From Heterodontus francisci (taxonomy: Eukaryota): 64,000 nucleotides of DNA. Within the stretch, counting starts at the first letter, position 1. Each line of letters starts with the position of its first letter. Below the pieces are notes generated by a model. The model was not told the DNA's origin and did no database searches. It was given only the letters and a program-made list of their open reading frames with translations. A program made the translations under genes and the position numbers. Location: contig NC_090399.1 of NCBI RefSeq assembly GCF_036365525.1, positions 46,284,430 to 46,348,429 of the forward strand, given 5' to 3'. Of this stretch, positions 12,501-27,500 are shown one piece after another.

Positions 12501-15500
12501 TAGAAACTGAGAGAAATAGGGGACAGAGAGAGACACAGGGGAAAGAGAGAGACGCAGGTGAAAGAGAGAGAAATAAGGGACAGAGAGAGAAATAGGGGAA
12601 ACAGAGTCACAGTGGAAACAGAGAGAAATAGCGGAAAGATAGAGACACAGGAAAAAGAGAGAGAAATAGAGGAGAGAGAGAGGCACAGGGGAAAGAGATA
12701 GACGCAGGTGAAACAGAGAGAAATAGGGGAAACAGAGTCACAGTGGAAACAGAGAGAAATAGCTGAAAGATAGAGACACAGGGGCAAGAGAGAGAAATAG
12801 GGGAAAGAGAGAGACACAGGGGAAAGATAGAGACACAGGGGAAACAGAGAGAAATAGGGGAAAGAGAGGGACACAGGGGTAAGAGAGAGAAATAGGGGAC
12901 AGAGAGAGAAATAGGGGTAACAGAGTCACAGGGGAAACAGAGAGAAATAGCGGAAAGAGAGAGACACAGGGGATACAGTGAGAAATAGGGGAAAGAGAGA
13001 GACACAGGGGAAACAGAGAGAAAAATAGGGGAAAGAGAGGGACACAGGGGATGCAGTGAGAAATAGTGGAAAGATAGAGACACAGGGGAAACAGAGAGAA
13101 ATAGGGGAAAGAGAGAGACACAGGGGAAAGAGAGAAAAATAGGGGAAAGAGAGGGACACAGTGGAAACAGAGAGAAATTGCGGAAAGATAGAGACACAGG
13201 GGAAAGAGAGAGAAATAGGGGAAAGAGAGAGATACAGGGGAAAGAGAGAGACACAGGGGAAAGAGAGAGAAATAGGGGATACAGAGAGTCACAGGGCAAA
13301 CAGGGAGAAATAAGGGAAAGAGAGAAACACAGCGGAAAGAGAGATAAATAGCGGAAACGGAGAGTCACAGGGGAAAGAGAGAGAAATAGGGTAAACAAAG
13401 AGTCACAGGGGAAACAGAGAGAAATAGGGGAAACAGTGTCATAGGGGAAACAGAAAGAAATCGGGGAAACAGAGAGACACAGGGGAAAGAGAGAGAAATA
13501 GGGGTAACAGAGAGAAATAGAGGAAAGAGAGTAACAGGGGAAAAAGAAAGAAACAGGGGAACCAGAGAGACACAGGGGAAACAGAGAGAAATAGGGGAAA
13601 CAGAGAGACACAGGGGAAACAGAGAGAAATAGGGGAAACAGAGAGAAATCAGGGAAACAGAGATATACAGGAGGAAAGAGAGAGAAATAGGGGAAACAGA
13701 GAGACACAAGGGAAAGAGAGAGAAATAGGGGAAACAGAGAGACACAGGGGAAACAGAGAAACACAGGGGAAACAGTGTCACAGGGGAAACAGAAAGAAAC
13801 AGGGGAAACAGAGAGACACAGGGGAAACAAAGAAACACAGGGCAAAGAGAGAGACACAGGGGAAAGGGAGAGATGCAGGGTAAAGAGAGAGACGCAGGGG
13901 AAAGAGAGAGACACAGGGGAAAGAGAAAGACACAGGTGAAACAGAGAGAAATGGGGGAAAGTGAGAGAAATAGGGGAAACAGAGTCACAGTAGAAACTGA
14001 GAGAAATAGGGGACAGAGAGAGACACAGGGGAAAGAGAGAGACGCAGGTGAAAGAGAGAGAAATAAGGGACAGAGAGAGAAATAGGGGAAACAGAGTCAC
14101 AGTGGAAACAGAGAGAAATAGCGGAAAGATAGAGACACAGGAAAAAGAGAGAGAAATAGAGGAGAGAGAGAGGCACAGGGGAAAGAGATAGACGCAGGTG
14201 AAACAGAGAGAAATAGGGGAAACAGAGTCACAGTGGAAACAGAGAGAAATAGCTGAAAGATAGAGACACAGGGGCAAGAGAGAGAAATAGGGGAAAGAGA
14301 GAGACACAGGGGAAAGATAGAGACACAGGGGAAACAGAGAGAAATAGGGGAAAGAGAGGGACACAGGGGTAAGAGAGAGAAATAGGGGACAGAGAGAGAA
14401 ATAGGGGAAACAGAGTCACAGGGGAAACAGAGAGAAATAGCGGAAAGAGAGAGACACAGGGGATACAGTGAGAAATAGGGGAAAGAGAGAGACACAGGGG
14501 AAACAGAGAGAAAAATAGGGGAAAGAGAGGGACACAGGGGATGCAGTGAGAAATAGTGGAAAGATAGAGACACAGGGGAAACAGAGAGAAATAGGGGAAA
14601 GAGAGAGACACAGGGGAAAGAGAGAAAAATAGGGGAAAGAGAGGGACACAGTGGAAACAGAGAGAAATTGCGGAAAGATAGAGACACAGGGGAAAGAGAG
14701 AGAAATAGGGGAAAGAGAGAGACACAGGGGAAAGATAGAGACACAGGTGAAACAGAGAGACATAGGGGAAAGAGAGAGACACAGGGGAAAGAGAGAGACA
14801 CAGGGGAAAGAGAGAGACACAGGGGAAAGAGAGAGAAATAGGGGATACAGAGAGTCACAGGGCAAACAGGGAGAAATAAGGGAAAGAGAGAAACACAGCG
14901 GAAAGAGAGATAAATAGCGGAAACAGCGAGTCACAGGGGAAAGAGAGAGAAATAGGGTAAACAAAGAGTCACAGGGGAAACAGAGAGAAATAGGGGAAAC
15001 AGTGTCATAGGGGAAACAGAAAGAAATCGGGGAAACAGAGAGACACAGGGGAAAGAGAGAGAAATAGGGGTAACAGAGAGAAATAGAGGAAAGAGAGTAA
15101 CAGGGGAAACAGAAAGAAACAGGGGAACCAGAGAGACACAGGGGAAACAGAGAGAAATAGGGGAAACAGAGAGACACAGGGGAAACAGAGAGAAATAGGG
15201 GAAACAGAGAGAAATCAGGGAAACAGAGATATACAGGAGGAAAGAGAGAGAAATAGGGGAAACAGAGAGACACAAGGGAAAGAGAGAGAAATAGGGGAAA
15301 CAGAGAGACACAGGGGAAACAGAGAAACACAGGGGAAACAGTGTCACAGGGGAAACAGAAAGAAACAGCGGAAACAGAGAGACACAGGGGAAACAAAGAA
15401 ACACAGGGCAAAGAGAGAGACACAGGGGAAAGGGAGAGATGCAGGGTAAAGAGAGAGATGCAGGGGAAAGAGAGAGACACAGGGGAAAGAGAGAGACACA

Positions 15501-18500
15501 GGTGAAACAGAGAGAAATGGGGGAAAGTGAGAGAAATAGAGGAAACAGAGTCACAGTAGAAACTGAGAGAAATAGGGGACAGAGAGAGTCACAGGGGAAA
15601 GAGAGAGACGCAGGTGAAAGAGAGAGAAATAAGGGACAGAGAGAGAAATAGGGGAAACAGAGTCACAGTGGAAACAGAGAGAAATAGCGGAAAGATAGAG
15701 ACACAGGAAAAAGAGAGAGAAATAGAGGACAGAGAGAGACACAGGGGAAAGAGAGAGACGCAGGTGAAACAGAGAGAAATAGGGGAAACAGAGTCACAGT
15801 GGAAACAGAGAGAAATAGCTGAAAGATAGAGACACAGGGGCAAGAGAGAGAAATAGGGGAAAGAGAGAGACACAGGGGAAAGATAGAGACACAGGGGAAA
15901 CAGAGAGAAATAGGGGAAAGAGAGGGACACAGGGGAAAGAGAGAGAAATAGGGGACAGAGAGAGAAATAGGGGAAACAGAGTCACAGGGGAAACAGAGAG
16001 AAATAGCGGAAAGAGAGAGACACAGGGGATACAGTGAGAAATAGGGGAAAGAGAGAGACACAGGGGAAACAGAGAGAAAAATAGGGGAAAGAGAGGGACA
16101 CAGGGGATGCAGTGAGAAATAGTGGAAAGATAGAGACACAGGGGAAACAGAGAGAAATAGGGGAAAGAGAGAGACACAGGGGAAAGAGAGAGACACAGGG
16201 GAAAGAGAGACAAATAGGGGAAAGAGAGGGACACAGTGGAAACAGAGAGAAATTGCGGAAAGATAGAGACACAGGGGAAAGAGAGAGAAATAGGGGAAAG
16301 AGAGAGACACAGGGGAAAGATAGAGACACAGGTGAAACAGAGAGACATAGGGGAAAGAGAGAGACACAGGGGAAAGAGAGAGACACAGGGGAAAGAGAGA
16401 GACACAGGGGAAAGAGAGAGAAATAGGGGATACAGAGAGTCACAGGGCAAACAGGGAGAAATAAGGGAAAGAGAGAAACACAGCGGAAAGAGAGATAAAT
16501 AGCGGAAACGGAGAGTCACAGGGGAAAGAGAGAGAAATAGGGTAAACAAAGAGTCACAGGGGAAACAGAGAGAAATAGGGGAAACAGTGTCATAGGGGAA
16601 ACAGAAAGAAATCGGGGAAACAGAGAGACACAGGGGAAAGAGAGAGAAATAGGGGTAACAGAGAGAAATAGAGGAAAGAGAGTAACAGGGGAAACAGAAA
16701 GAAACAGGGGAACCAGAGAGACACAGGGGAAACAGAGAGAAATAGGGGAAACAGAGAGACACAGGGGAAACAGAGAGAAATAGGGGAAACAGAGAGAAAT
16801 CAGGGAAACAGAGATATACAGGAGGAAAGAGAGAGAAATAGGGGAAACAGAGAGACACAAGGGAAAGAGAGAGAAATAGGGGAAACAGAGAGACACAGGG
16901 GAAACAGAGAAACACAGGGGAAACAGTGTCACAGGGGAAACAGAAAGAAACAGGGGAAACAGAGAGACACAGGGGAAACAAAGAAACACAGGGCAAAGAG
17001 AGAGACACAGGGGAAAGGGAGAGATGCAGGGTAAAGAGAAAGACACAGGTGAAACAGAGAGAAATGGGGGAAAGTGAGAGAAATAGGGGAAACAGAGTCA
17101 CAGTAGAAACTGAGAGAAATAGGGGACAGAGAGAGACACAGGGGAAAGAGAGAGACGCAGGTGAAAGAGAGAGAAATAAGGGACAGAGAGAGAAATAGGG
17201 GAAACAGAGTCACAGTGGAAACAGAGAGAAATAGCGGAAAGATAGAGACACAGGAAAAAGAGAGAGAAATAGAGGAGAGAGAGAGGCACAGGGGAAAGAG
17301 ATAGACGCAGGTGAAACAGAGAGAAATAGGGGAAACAGAGTCACAGTGGAAACAGAGAGAAATAGCTGAAAGATAGAGACACAGGGGCAAGAGAGAGAAA
17401 TAGGGGAAAGAGAGAGACACAGGGGAAAGATAGAGACACAGGGGAAACAGAGAGAAATAGGGGAAAGAGAGGGACACAGGGGTAAGAGAGAGAAATAGGG
17501 GACAGAGAGAGAAATAGGGGAAACAGAGTCACAGGGGAAACAGAGAGAAATAGCGGAAAGAGAGAGACACAGGGGATACAGTGAGAAATAGGGGAAAGAG
17601 AGAGACACAGGGGAAACAGAGAGAAAAATAGGGGAAAGAGAGGGACACAGGGGATGCAGTGAGAAATAGTGGAAAGATAGAGACACAGGGGAAACAGAGA
17701 GAAATAGGGGAAAGAGAGAGACACAGGGGAAAGAGAGAAAAATAGGGGAAAGAGAGGGACACAGTGGAAACAGAGAGAAATTGCGGAAAGATAGAGACAC
17801 AGGGGAAAGAGAGAGAAATAGGGGAAAGAGAGAGACACAGGGGAAAGATAGAGAAACAGGTGAAACAGAGAGACATAGGGGAAAGAGAGAGACACAGGGG
17901 AAAGAGAGAGACACAGGGGAAAGAGAGAGACACAGGGGAAAGAGAGAGAAATAGGGGATACAGAGAGTCACAGGGCAAACAGGGAGAAATAAGGGAAAGA
18001 GAGAAACACAGCGGAAAGAGAGATAAATAGCGGAAACGGAGAGTCACAGGGGAAAGAGAGAGAAATAGGGTAAACAAAGAGTCACAGGGGAAACAGAGAG
18101 AAATAGGGGAAACAGTGTCATAGGGGAAACAGAAAGAAATCGGGGAAACAGAGAGACACAGGGGAAAGAGAGAGAAATAGGGGTAACAGAGAGAAATAGA
18201 GGAAAGAGAGTAACAGGGGAAACAGAAAGAAACAGGGGAACCAGAGAGACACAGGGGAAACAGAGAGAAATAGGGGAAACAGAGAGACACAGGGGAAACA
18301 GAGAGAAATAGGGGAAACAGAGAGAAATCAGGGAAACAGAGATATACAGGAGGAAAGAGAGAGAAATAGGGGAAACAGAGAGACACAAGGGAAAGAGAGA
18401 GAAATAGGGGAAACAGAGAGACACAGGGGAAACAGAGAAACACAGGGGAAACAGTGTCACAGGGGAAACAGAAAGAAACAGCGGAAACAGAGAGACACAG

Positions 18501-21500
18501 GGGAAACAAAGAAACACAGGGCAAAGAGAGAGACACAGGGGAAAGGGAGAGATGCAGGGTAAAGAGAGAGATGCAGGGGAAAGAGAGAGACACAGGGGAA
18601 AGAGAGAGACACAGGTGAAACAGAGAGAAATGGGGGAAAGTGAGAGAAATAGGGGAAACAGAGTCACAGTAGAAACTGAGAGAAATAGGGGACAGAGAGA
18701 GTCACAGGGGAAAGAGAGAGACGCAGGTGAAAGAGAGAGAAATAAGGGACAGAGAGAGAAATAGGGGAAACAGAGTCACAGTGGAAACAGAGAGAAATAG
18801 CGGAAAGATAGAGACACAGGAAAAAGAGAGAGAAATAGAGGACAGAGAGAGACACAGGGGAAAGAGAGAGACGCAGGTGAAACAGAGAGAAATAGGGGAA
18901 ACAGAGTCACAGTGGAAACAGAGAGAAATAGCTGAAAGATAGAGACACAGGGGCAAGAGAGAGAAATAGGGGAAAGAGAGAGACACAGGGGAAAGATAGA
19001 GACACAGGGGAAACAGAGAGAAATAGGGGAAAGAGAGGGACACAGGGGAAAGAGAGAGAAATAGGGGACAGAGAGAGAAATAGGGGAAACAGAGTCACAG
19101 GGGAAACAGAGAGAAATAGCGGAAAGAGAGAGACACAGGGGATACAGTGAGAAATAGGGGAAAGAGAGAGACACAGGGGAAACAGAGAGAAAAATAGGGG
19201 AAAGAGAGGGACACAGGGGATGCAGTGAGAAATAGTGGAAAGATAGAGACACAGGGGAAAGAGAGAGAAATAGGGGAAAGAGAGAGACACAGGGGAAAGA
19301 GAGAGACACAGGGGAAAGAGAGACAAATAGGGGAAAGAGAGGGACACAGTGGAAACAGAGAGAAATTGCGGAAAGATAGAGACACAGGGGAAAGAGAGAG
19401 AAATAGGGGAAAGAGAGAGACACAGGGGAAAGATAGAGACACAGGTGAAACAGAGAGACATAGGGGAAAGAGAGAGACACAGGGGAAAGAGAGAGACACA
19501 GGGGAAAGAGAGAGACACAGGGGAAAGAGAGAGAAATAGGGGATACAGAGAGTCACAGGGCAAACAGGGAGAAATAAGGGAAAGAGAGAAACACAGCGGA
19601 AAGAGAGATAAATAGCGGAAACGGAGAGTCACAGGGGAAAGAGAGAGAAATAGGGTAAACAAAGAGTCACAGGGGAAACAGAGAGAAATAGGGGAAACAG
19701 TGTCATAGGGGAAACAGAAAGAAATCGGGGAAACAGAGAGAAATAGGGGGAACAGAGTCACAGGGGAAACAGAGATAAACAGGAGAAACAGAGAGACTCA
19801 GGGGAAACAGAGCGAAATAGGGGAAACAGAGAGACACAGGGGAAAGTGAGAGAAATCGGGGAAACAGAGAGACACAGGGGAAAGAGAGAGAAATAGGGGT
19901 AACAGAGAGAAATAGAGGAAAGAGAGTAACAGGGGAAACAGAAAGAAACAGGGGAACCAGAGAGACACAGGGGAAACAGAGAGAAATAGGGGAAACAGAG
20001 AGACACAGGGGAAACAGAGAGAAATAGGGGAAACAGAGAGAAATCAGGGAAACAGAGATATACAGGAGGAAAGAGAGAGAAATAGGGGAAACAGAGAGAC
20101 ACAAGGGAAAGAGAGAGAAATAGGGGAAACAGAGAGACACAGGGGAAACAGAGAAACACAGGGGAAACAGTGTCACAGGGGAAACAGAAAGAAACAGGGG
20201 AAACAGAGAGACACAGGGGAAACAAAGAAACACAGGGCAAAGAGAGAGACACAGGGGAAAGGGAGAGATGCAGGGTAAAGAGAGAGACGCATGGGAAAGA
20301 GAGAGACACAGGGGAAAGAGAAAGACACAGGTGAAACAGAGAGAAATGGGGGAAAGTGAGAGAAATAGGGGAAACAGAGTCACAGTAGAAACTGAGAGAA
20401 ATAGGGGACAGAGAGAGACACAGGGGAAAGAGAGAGACGCAGGTGAAAGAGAGAGAAATAAGGGACAGAGAGAGAAATAGGGGAAACAGAGTCACAGTGG
20501 AAACAGAGAGAAATAGCGGAAAGATAGAGACACAGGAAAAAGAGAGAGAAATAGAGGAGAGAGAGAGGCACAGGGGAAAGAGATAGACGCAGGTGAAACA
20601 GAGAGAAATAGGGGAAACAGAGTCACAGTGGAAACAGAGAGAAATAGCTGAAAGATAGAGACACAGGGGCAAGAGAGAGAAATAGGGGAAAGAGAGAGAC
20701 ACAGGGGAAAGATAGAGACACAGGGGAAACAGAGAGAAATAGGGGAAAGAGAGGGACACAGGGGTAAGAGAGAGAAATAGGGGACAGAGAGAGAAATAGG
20801 GGAAACAGAGTCACAGGGGAAACAGAGAGAAATAGCGGAAAGAGAGAGACACAGGGGATACAGTGAGAAATAGGGGAAAGAGAGAGACACAGGGGAAACA
20901 GAGAGAAAAATAGGGGAAAGAGAGGGACACAGTGGAAACAGAGAGAAATTGCGGAAAGATAGAGACACAGGGGAAAGAGAGAGAAATAGGGGAAAGAGAG
21001 AGACACAGGGGAAACAGAGAGAAATAGGGGAAAGAGAGAGACACAGGGGAAAGAGAGAAAAATAGGGGAAAGAGAGGGACACAGTGGAAACAGAGAGAAA
21101 TTGCGGAAAGATAGAGACACAGGGGAAAGAGAGAGAAATAGGGGAAAGAGAGAGACACAGGGGAAAGATAGAGACACAGGTGAAACAGAGAGACATAGGG
21201 GAAAGAGAGAGACACAGGGGAAAGAGAGAGACACAGGGGAAAGAGAGAGAAATAGGGGATACAGAGAGTCACAGGGCAAACAGGGAGAAATAAGGGAAAG
21301 AGAGAAACACAGCGGAAAGAGAGATAAATAGCGGAAACGGAGAGTCACAGGGGAAAGAGAGAGAAATAGGGTAAACAAAGAGTCACAGGGGAAACAGAGA
21401 GAAATAGGGGAAACAGTGTCATAGGGGAAACAGAAAGAAATCGGGGAAACAGAGAGACACAGGGGAAAGAGAGAGAAATAGGGGTAACAGAGAGAAATAG

Positions 21501-24500
21501 AGGAAAGAGAGTAACAGGGGAAACAAAAAGAAACAGGGGAACCAGAGAGACACAGGGGAAACAGAGAGAAATAGGGGAAACAGAGAGACACAGGGGAAAC
21601 AGAGAGAAATAGGGGAAACAGAGAGAAATCAGGGAAACAGAGATATACAGGAGGAAAGAGAGAGAAATAGGGGAAACAGAGAGACACAAGGGAAAGAGAG
21701 AGAAATAGGGGAAACAGAGAGACACAGGGGAAACAGAGAAACACAGGGGAAACAGTGTCACAGGGGAAACAGAAAGAAACAGCGGAAACAGAGAGACACA
21801 GGGGAAACAAAGAAACACAGGGCAAAGAGAGAGACACAGGGGAAAATGGAGAGATGCAGGGTAAAGAGAGAGACGCAGGGGAAAGAGAGAGACACAGGGG
21901 AAAGAGAGAGACACAGGTGAAACAGAGAGAAATGGGGGAAAGTGAGAGAAATAGGGGAAACAGAGTCACAGTAGAAACTGAGAGAAATAGGGGACAGAGA
22001 GAGACACAGGGGAAAGAGAGAGACGCAGGTGAAAGAGAGAGAAATAAGGGACAGAGAGAGAAATAGGGGAAACAGAGTCACAGTGGAAACAGAGAGAAAT
22101 AGCGGAAAGATAGAGACACAGGAAAAAGAGAGAGAAATAGAGGACAGAGAGAGACACAGGGGAAAGAGAGAGACGCAGGTGAAACAGAGAGAAATAGGGG
22201 AAAGAGAGGGACACAGGGGAAAGAGAGAGAAATAGGGGACAGAGAGAGAAATAGGGGAAACAGAGTCACAGGGGAAACAGAGAGAAATAGCGGAAAGAGA
22301 GAGACACAGGGGATACAGTGAGAAATAGGGGAAAGAGAGAGACACAGGGGAAACAGAGAGAAAAATAGGGGAAAGAGAGGGACACAGGGGATGCAGTGAG
22401 AAATAGTGGAAAGATAGAGACACAGGGGAAACAGAGAGAAATAGGGGAAAGAGAGAGACACAGGGGAAAGAGAGAAAAATAGGGGAAAGAGAGGGACACA
22501 GTGGAAACAGAGAGAAATTGCGGAAAGATAGAGACACAGGGGAAAGAGAGAGAAATAGGGGAAAGAGAGAGACACAGGGGAAAGATAGAGACACAGGTGA
22601 AACAGAGAGACATAGGGGAAAGAGAGAGACACAGGGGAAAGAGAGAGACACAGGGGAAAGAGAGAGAAATAGGGGATACAGAGAGTCACAGGGCAAACAG
22701 GGAGAAATAAGGGAAAGAGAGAAACACAGCGGAAAGAGAGATAAATAGCGGAAATGGAGAGTCACAGGGGAAAGAGAGAGAAATAGGGTAAACAAAGAGT
22801 CACAGGGGAAACAGAGAGAAATAGGGGAAACAGTGTCATAGGGGAAACAGAAAGAAATCGGGGAAACAGAGAGAAATAGGGGGAACAGAGTCACAGGGGA
22901 AACAGAGATAAACAGGAGAAACAGAGAGACTCAGGGGAAACAGAGCGAAATAGGGGAAACAGAGAGACACAGGGGAAAGAGAGAGAAATCGGGGAAACAG
23001 AGAGACACAGGGGAAAGAGAGAGAAATAGGGGTAACAGAGAGAACTAGAGGAAAGAGAGTAACAGGGGAAACAGAAAGAAACAGGGGAACCAGAGAGACA
23101 CAGGGGAAACAGAGAGAAATAGGGGAAACAGAGAGACACAGGGGAAACAGAGAGAAATAGGGGAAACAGAGAGAAATCAGGGAAACAGAGATATACAGGA
23201 GGAAAGAGAGAGAAATAGGGGAAACAGAGAGACACAAGGGAAAGAGAGAGAAATAGGGGAAACAGAGAGACACAGGGGAAACAGAGAAACAGAGGGGAAA
23301 CAGTGTCACAGGGGAAACAGAAAAGAAACAGGGGAAACAGAGAGACACAGGGGAAACAAAGAAACACAGGGCAAAGAGAGAGACACAGGGGAAAGGGAGA
23401 GATGCAGGGTAAAGAGAGAGACGCAGGGGAAAGAGAGAGACACAGGGGAAAGAGAAAGACACAGGTGAAACAGAGAGAAATGGGGGAAAGTGAGAGAAAT
23501 AGGGGAAACAGAGTCACAGTAGAAACTGAGAGAAATAGGGGACAGAGAGAGACACAGGGGAAAGAGAGAGACGCAGGTGAAAGAGAGAGAAATAAGGGAC
23601 AGAGAGAGAAATAGGGGAAACAGAGTCACAGTGGAAACAGAGAGAAATAGCGGAAAGATAGAGACACAGGAAAAAGAGAGAGAAATAGAGGAGAGAGAGA
23701 GGCACAGGGAAAAGAGATAGACGCAGGTGAAACAGAGAGAAATAGGGGAAACAGAGTCACAGTGGAAACAGAGAGAAATAGCTGAAAGATAGAGACACAG
23801 GGGCAAGAGAGAGAAATAGGGGAAAGAGAGAGACACAGGGGAAAGATAGAGACACAGGGGAAACAGAGAGAAATAGGGGAAAGAGAGGGACACAGGGGTA
23901 AGAGAGAGAAATAGGGGACAGAGAGAGAAATAGGGGAAACAGAGTCACAGGGGAAACAGAGAGAAATAGCGGAAAGAGAGAGACACAGGGGATACAGTGA
24001 GAAATAGGGGAAAGAGAGAGACACAGGGGAAACAGAGAGAAAAATAGGGGAAAGAGAGGGACACAGGGGATGCAGTGAGAAATAGTGGAAAGATAGAGAC
24101 ACAGGGGAAACAGAGAGAAATAGGGGAAAGAGAGAGACACAGGGGAAAGAGAGAAAAATAGGGGAAAGAGAGGGACACAGTGGAAACAGCGAGAAATTGC
24201 GGAAAGATAGAGACACAGGGGAAAGAGAGAGAAATAGGGGAAAGAGAGAGACACAGGGGAAAGATAGAGACACAGGTGAAACAGAGAGACATAGGGGAAA
24301 GAGAGAGACACAGGGGAAAGAGAGAGACACAGGGGAAAGAGAGAGACACAGGGGAAAGAGAGAGAAATAGGGGATACAGAGAGTCACAGGGCAAACAGGG
24401 AGAAATAAGGGAAAGAGAGAAACACAGCGGAAAGAGAGATAAATAGCGGAAACGGAGAGTCACAGGGGAAAGAGAGAGAAATAGGGTAAACAAAGAGTCA

Positions 24501-27500
24501 CAGGGGAAACAGAGAGAAATAGGGGAAACAGTGTCATAGGGGAAACAGAAAGAAATCGGGGAAACAGAGAGACACAGGGGAAAGAGAGAGAAATAGGGGT
24601 AACAGAGAGAAATAGAGGAAAGAGAGTAACAGGGGAAACAGAAAGAAACAGGGGAACCAGAGAGACACAGGGGAAACAGAGAGAAATAGGGGAAACAGAG
24701 AGACACAGGGGAAACAGAGAGAAATAGGGGAAACAGAGAGAAATCAGGGAAACAGAGATATACAGGAGGAAAGAGAGAGAAATAGGGGAAACAGAGAGAC
24801 ACAAGGGAAAGAGAGAGAAATAGGGGAAACAGAGAGACACAGGGGAAACAGAGAAACACAGGGGAAACAGTGTCACAGGGGAAACAGAAAGAAACAGCGG
24901 AAACAGAGAGACACAGGGGAAACAAAGAAACACAGGGCAAAGAGAGAGACACAGGGGAAAGGGAGAGATGCAGGGTAAAGAGAGAGATGCAGGGGAAAGA
25001 GAGAGACGCAGGTGAAACAGAGAGAAATAGGGGAAACAGAGTCACAGTGGAAACAGAGAGAAATAGCTGAAAGATAGAGACACAGGGGCAAGAGAGAGAA
25101 ATAGGGGAAAGAGAGAGACACAGGGGAAAGATAGAGACACAGGGGAAACAGAGAGAAATAGGGGAAAGAGAGGGACACAGGGGAAAGAGAGAGAAATAGG
25201 GGACAGAGAGAGAAATAGGGGAAACAGAGTCACAGGGGAAACAGAGAGAAATAGCGGAAAGAGAGAGACACAGGGGATACAGTGAGAAATAGGGGAAAGA
25301 GAGAGACACAGGGGAAACAGAGAGAAAAATAGGGGAAAGAGAGGGACACAGGGGATGCAGTGAGAAATAGTGGAAAGATAGAGACACAGGGGAAACAGAG
25401 AGAAATAGGGGAAAGAGAGAGACACAGGGGAAAGAGAGAAAAATAGGGGAAAGAGAGGGACACAGTGGAAACAGAGAGAAATTGCGGAAAGATAGAGACA
25501 CAGGGGAAAGAGAGAGAAATAGGGGAAAGAGAGAGACACAGGGGAAAGATAGAGACACAGGTGAAACAGAGAGACATAGGGGAAAGAGAGAGACACAGGG
25601 GAAAGAGAGAGACACAGGGGAAAGAGAGAGACACAGGGGAAAGAGAGAGAAATAGGGGATACAGAGAGTCACAGGGCAAACAGGGAGAAATAAGGGAAAG
25701 AGAGAAACACAGCGGAAAGAGAGATAAATAGCGGAAACGGAGAGTCACAGGGGAAAGAGAGAGAAATAGGGTAAACAAAGAGTCACAGGGGAAACAGAGA
25801 GAAATAGGGGAAACAGTGTCATAGGGGAAACAGAAAGAAATCGGGGAAACAGAGAGAAATAGGGGGAACAGAGTCACAGGGGAAACAGAGATAAACAGGA
25901 GAAACAGAGAGACTCAGGGGAAACAGAGCGAAATAGGGGAAACAGAGAGACACAGGGGAAAGAGAGAGAAATCGGGGAAACAGAGAGACACAGGGGAAAG
26001 AGAGAGAAATAGGGGTAACAGAGAGAAATAGAGGAAAGAGAGTAACAGGGGAAACAGAAAGAAACAGGGGAACCAGAGAGACACAGGGGAAACAGAGAGA
26101 AATAGGGGAAACAGAGAGACACAGGGGAAACAGAGAGAAATAGGGGAAACAGAGAGAAATCAGGGAAACAGAGATATACAGGAGGAAAGAGAGAGAAATA
26201 GGGGAAACAGAGAGACACAGGGGAAAGAGAGAGAAATAGGGGAAACAGAGAGACACAGGGGAAATAGAGAAACACAGGGGAAACAGTGTCACAGGGGAAA
26301 CAGAAAGAAACAGGGGAAACAGAGAGACACAGGGGAAACAAAGAAACACAGGGCAAAGAGAGAGACACAGGGGAAAGGGAGTGATGCAGGGTAAAGAGAG
26401 AGACGCAGGGGAAAGAGAGAGACACAGGGGAAAGAGAAAGACACAGGTGAAACAGAGAGAAATGGGGGAAAGTGAGAGAAATAGGGGAAACAGAGTCACA
26501 GTAGAAACTGAGAGAAATAGGGGACAGAGAGAGACACAGGGGAAAGAGAGAGACGCAGGTGAAAGAGAGAGAAATAAGGGACAGAGAGAGAAATAGGGGA
26601 AACAGAGTCACAGTGGAAACAGAGAGAAATAGCGGAAAGATAGAGACACAGGAAAAAGAGAGAGAAATAGAGGAGAGAGAGAGGCACAGGGGAAAGAGAT
26701 AGACGCAGGTGAAACAGAGAGAAATAGGGGAAACAGAGTCACAGTGGAAACAGAGAGAAATAGCTGAAAGATAGAGACACAGGGGCAAGAGAGAGAAATA
26801 GGGGAAAGAGAGAGACACAGGGGAAAGATAGAGACACAGGGGAAACAGAGAGAAATAGGGGAAAGAGAGGGACACAGGGGTAAGAGAGAGAAATAGGGGA
26901 CAGAGAGAGAAATAGGGGAAACAGAGTCACAGGGGAAACAGAGAGAAATAGCGGAAAGAGAGAGACACAGGGGATACAGTGAGAAATAGGGGAAAGAGAG
27001 AGACACAGGGGAAACAGAGAGAAAAATAGGGGAAAGAGAGGGACACAGGGGATGCAGTGAGAAATAGTGGAAAGATAGAGACACAGGGGAAACAGAGAGA
27101 AATAGGGGAAAGAGAGAGACACAGGGGAAAGAGAGAAAAATAGGGGAAAGAGAGGGACACAGTGGAAACAGAGAGAAATTGCGGAAAGATAGAGACACAG
27201 GGGAAAGAGAGAGAAATAGGGGAAAGAGAGAGACACAGGGGAAAGATAGAGACACAGGTGAAACAGAGAGACATAGGGGAAAGAGAGAGACACAGGGGAA
27301 AGAGAGAGACACAGGGGAAAGAGAGAGACACAGGGGAAAGAGAGAGAAATAGGGGATACAGAGAGTCACAGGGCAAACAGGGAGAAATAAGGGAAAGAGA
27401 GAAACACAGCGGAAAGAGAGATAAATAGCGGAAACGGAGAGTCACAGGGGAAAGAGAGAGAAATAGGGTAAACAAAGAGTCACAGGGGAAACAGAGAGAA

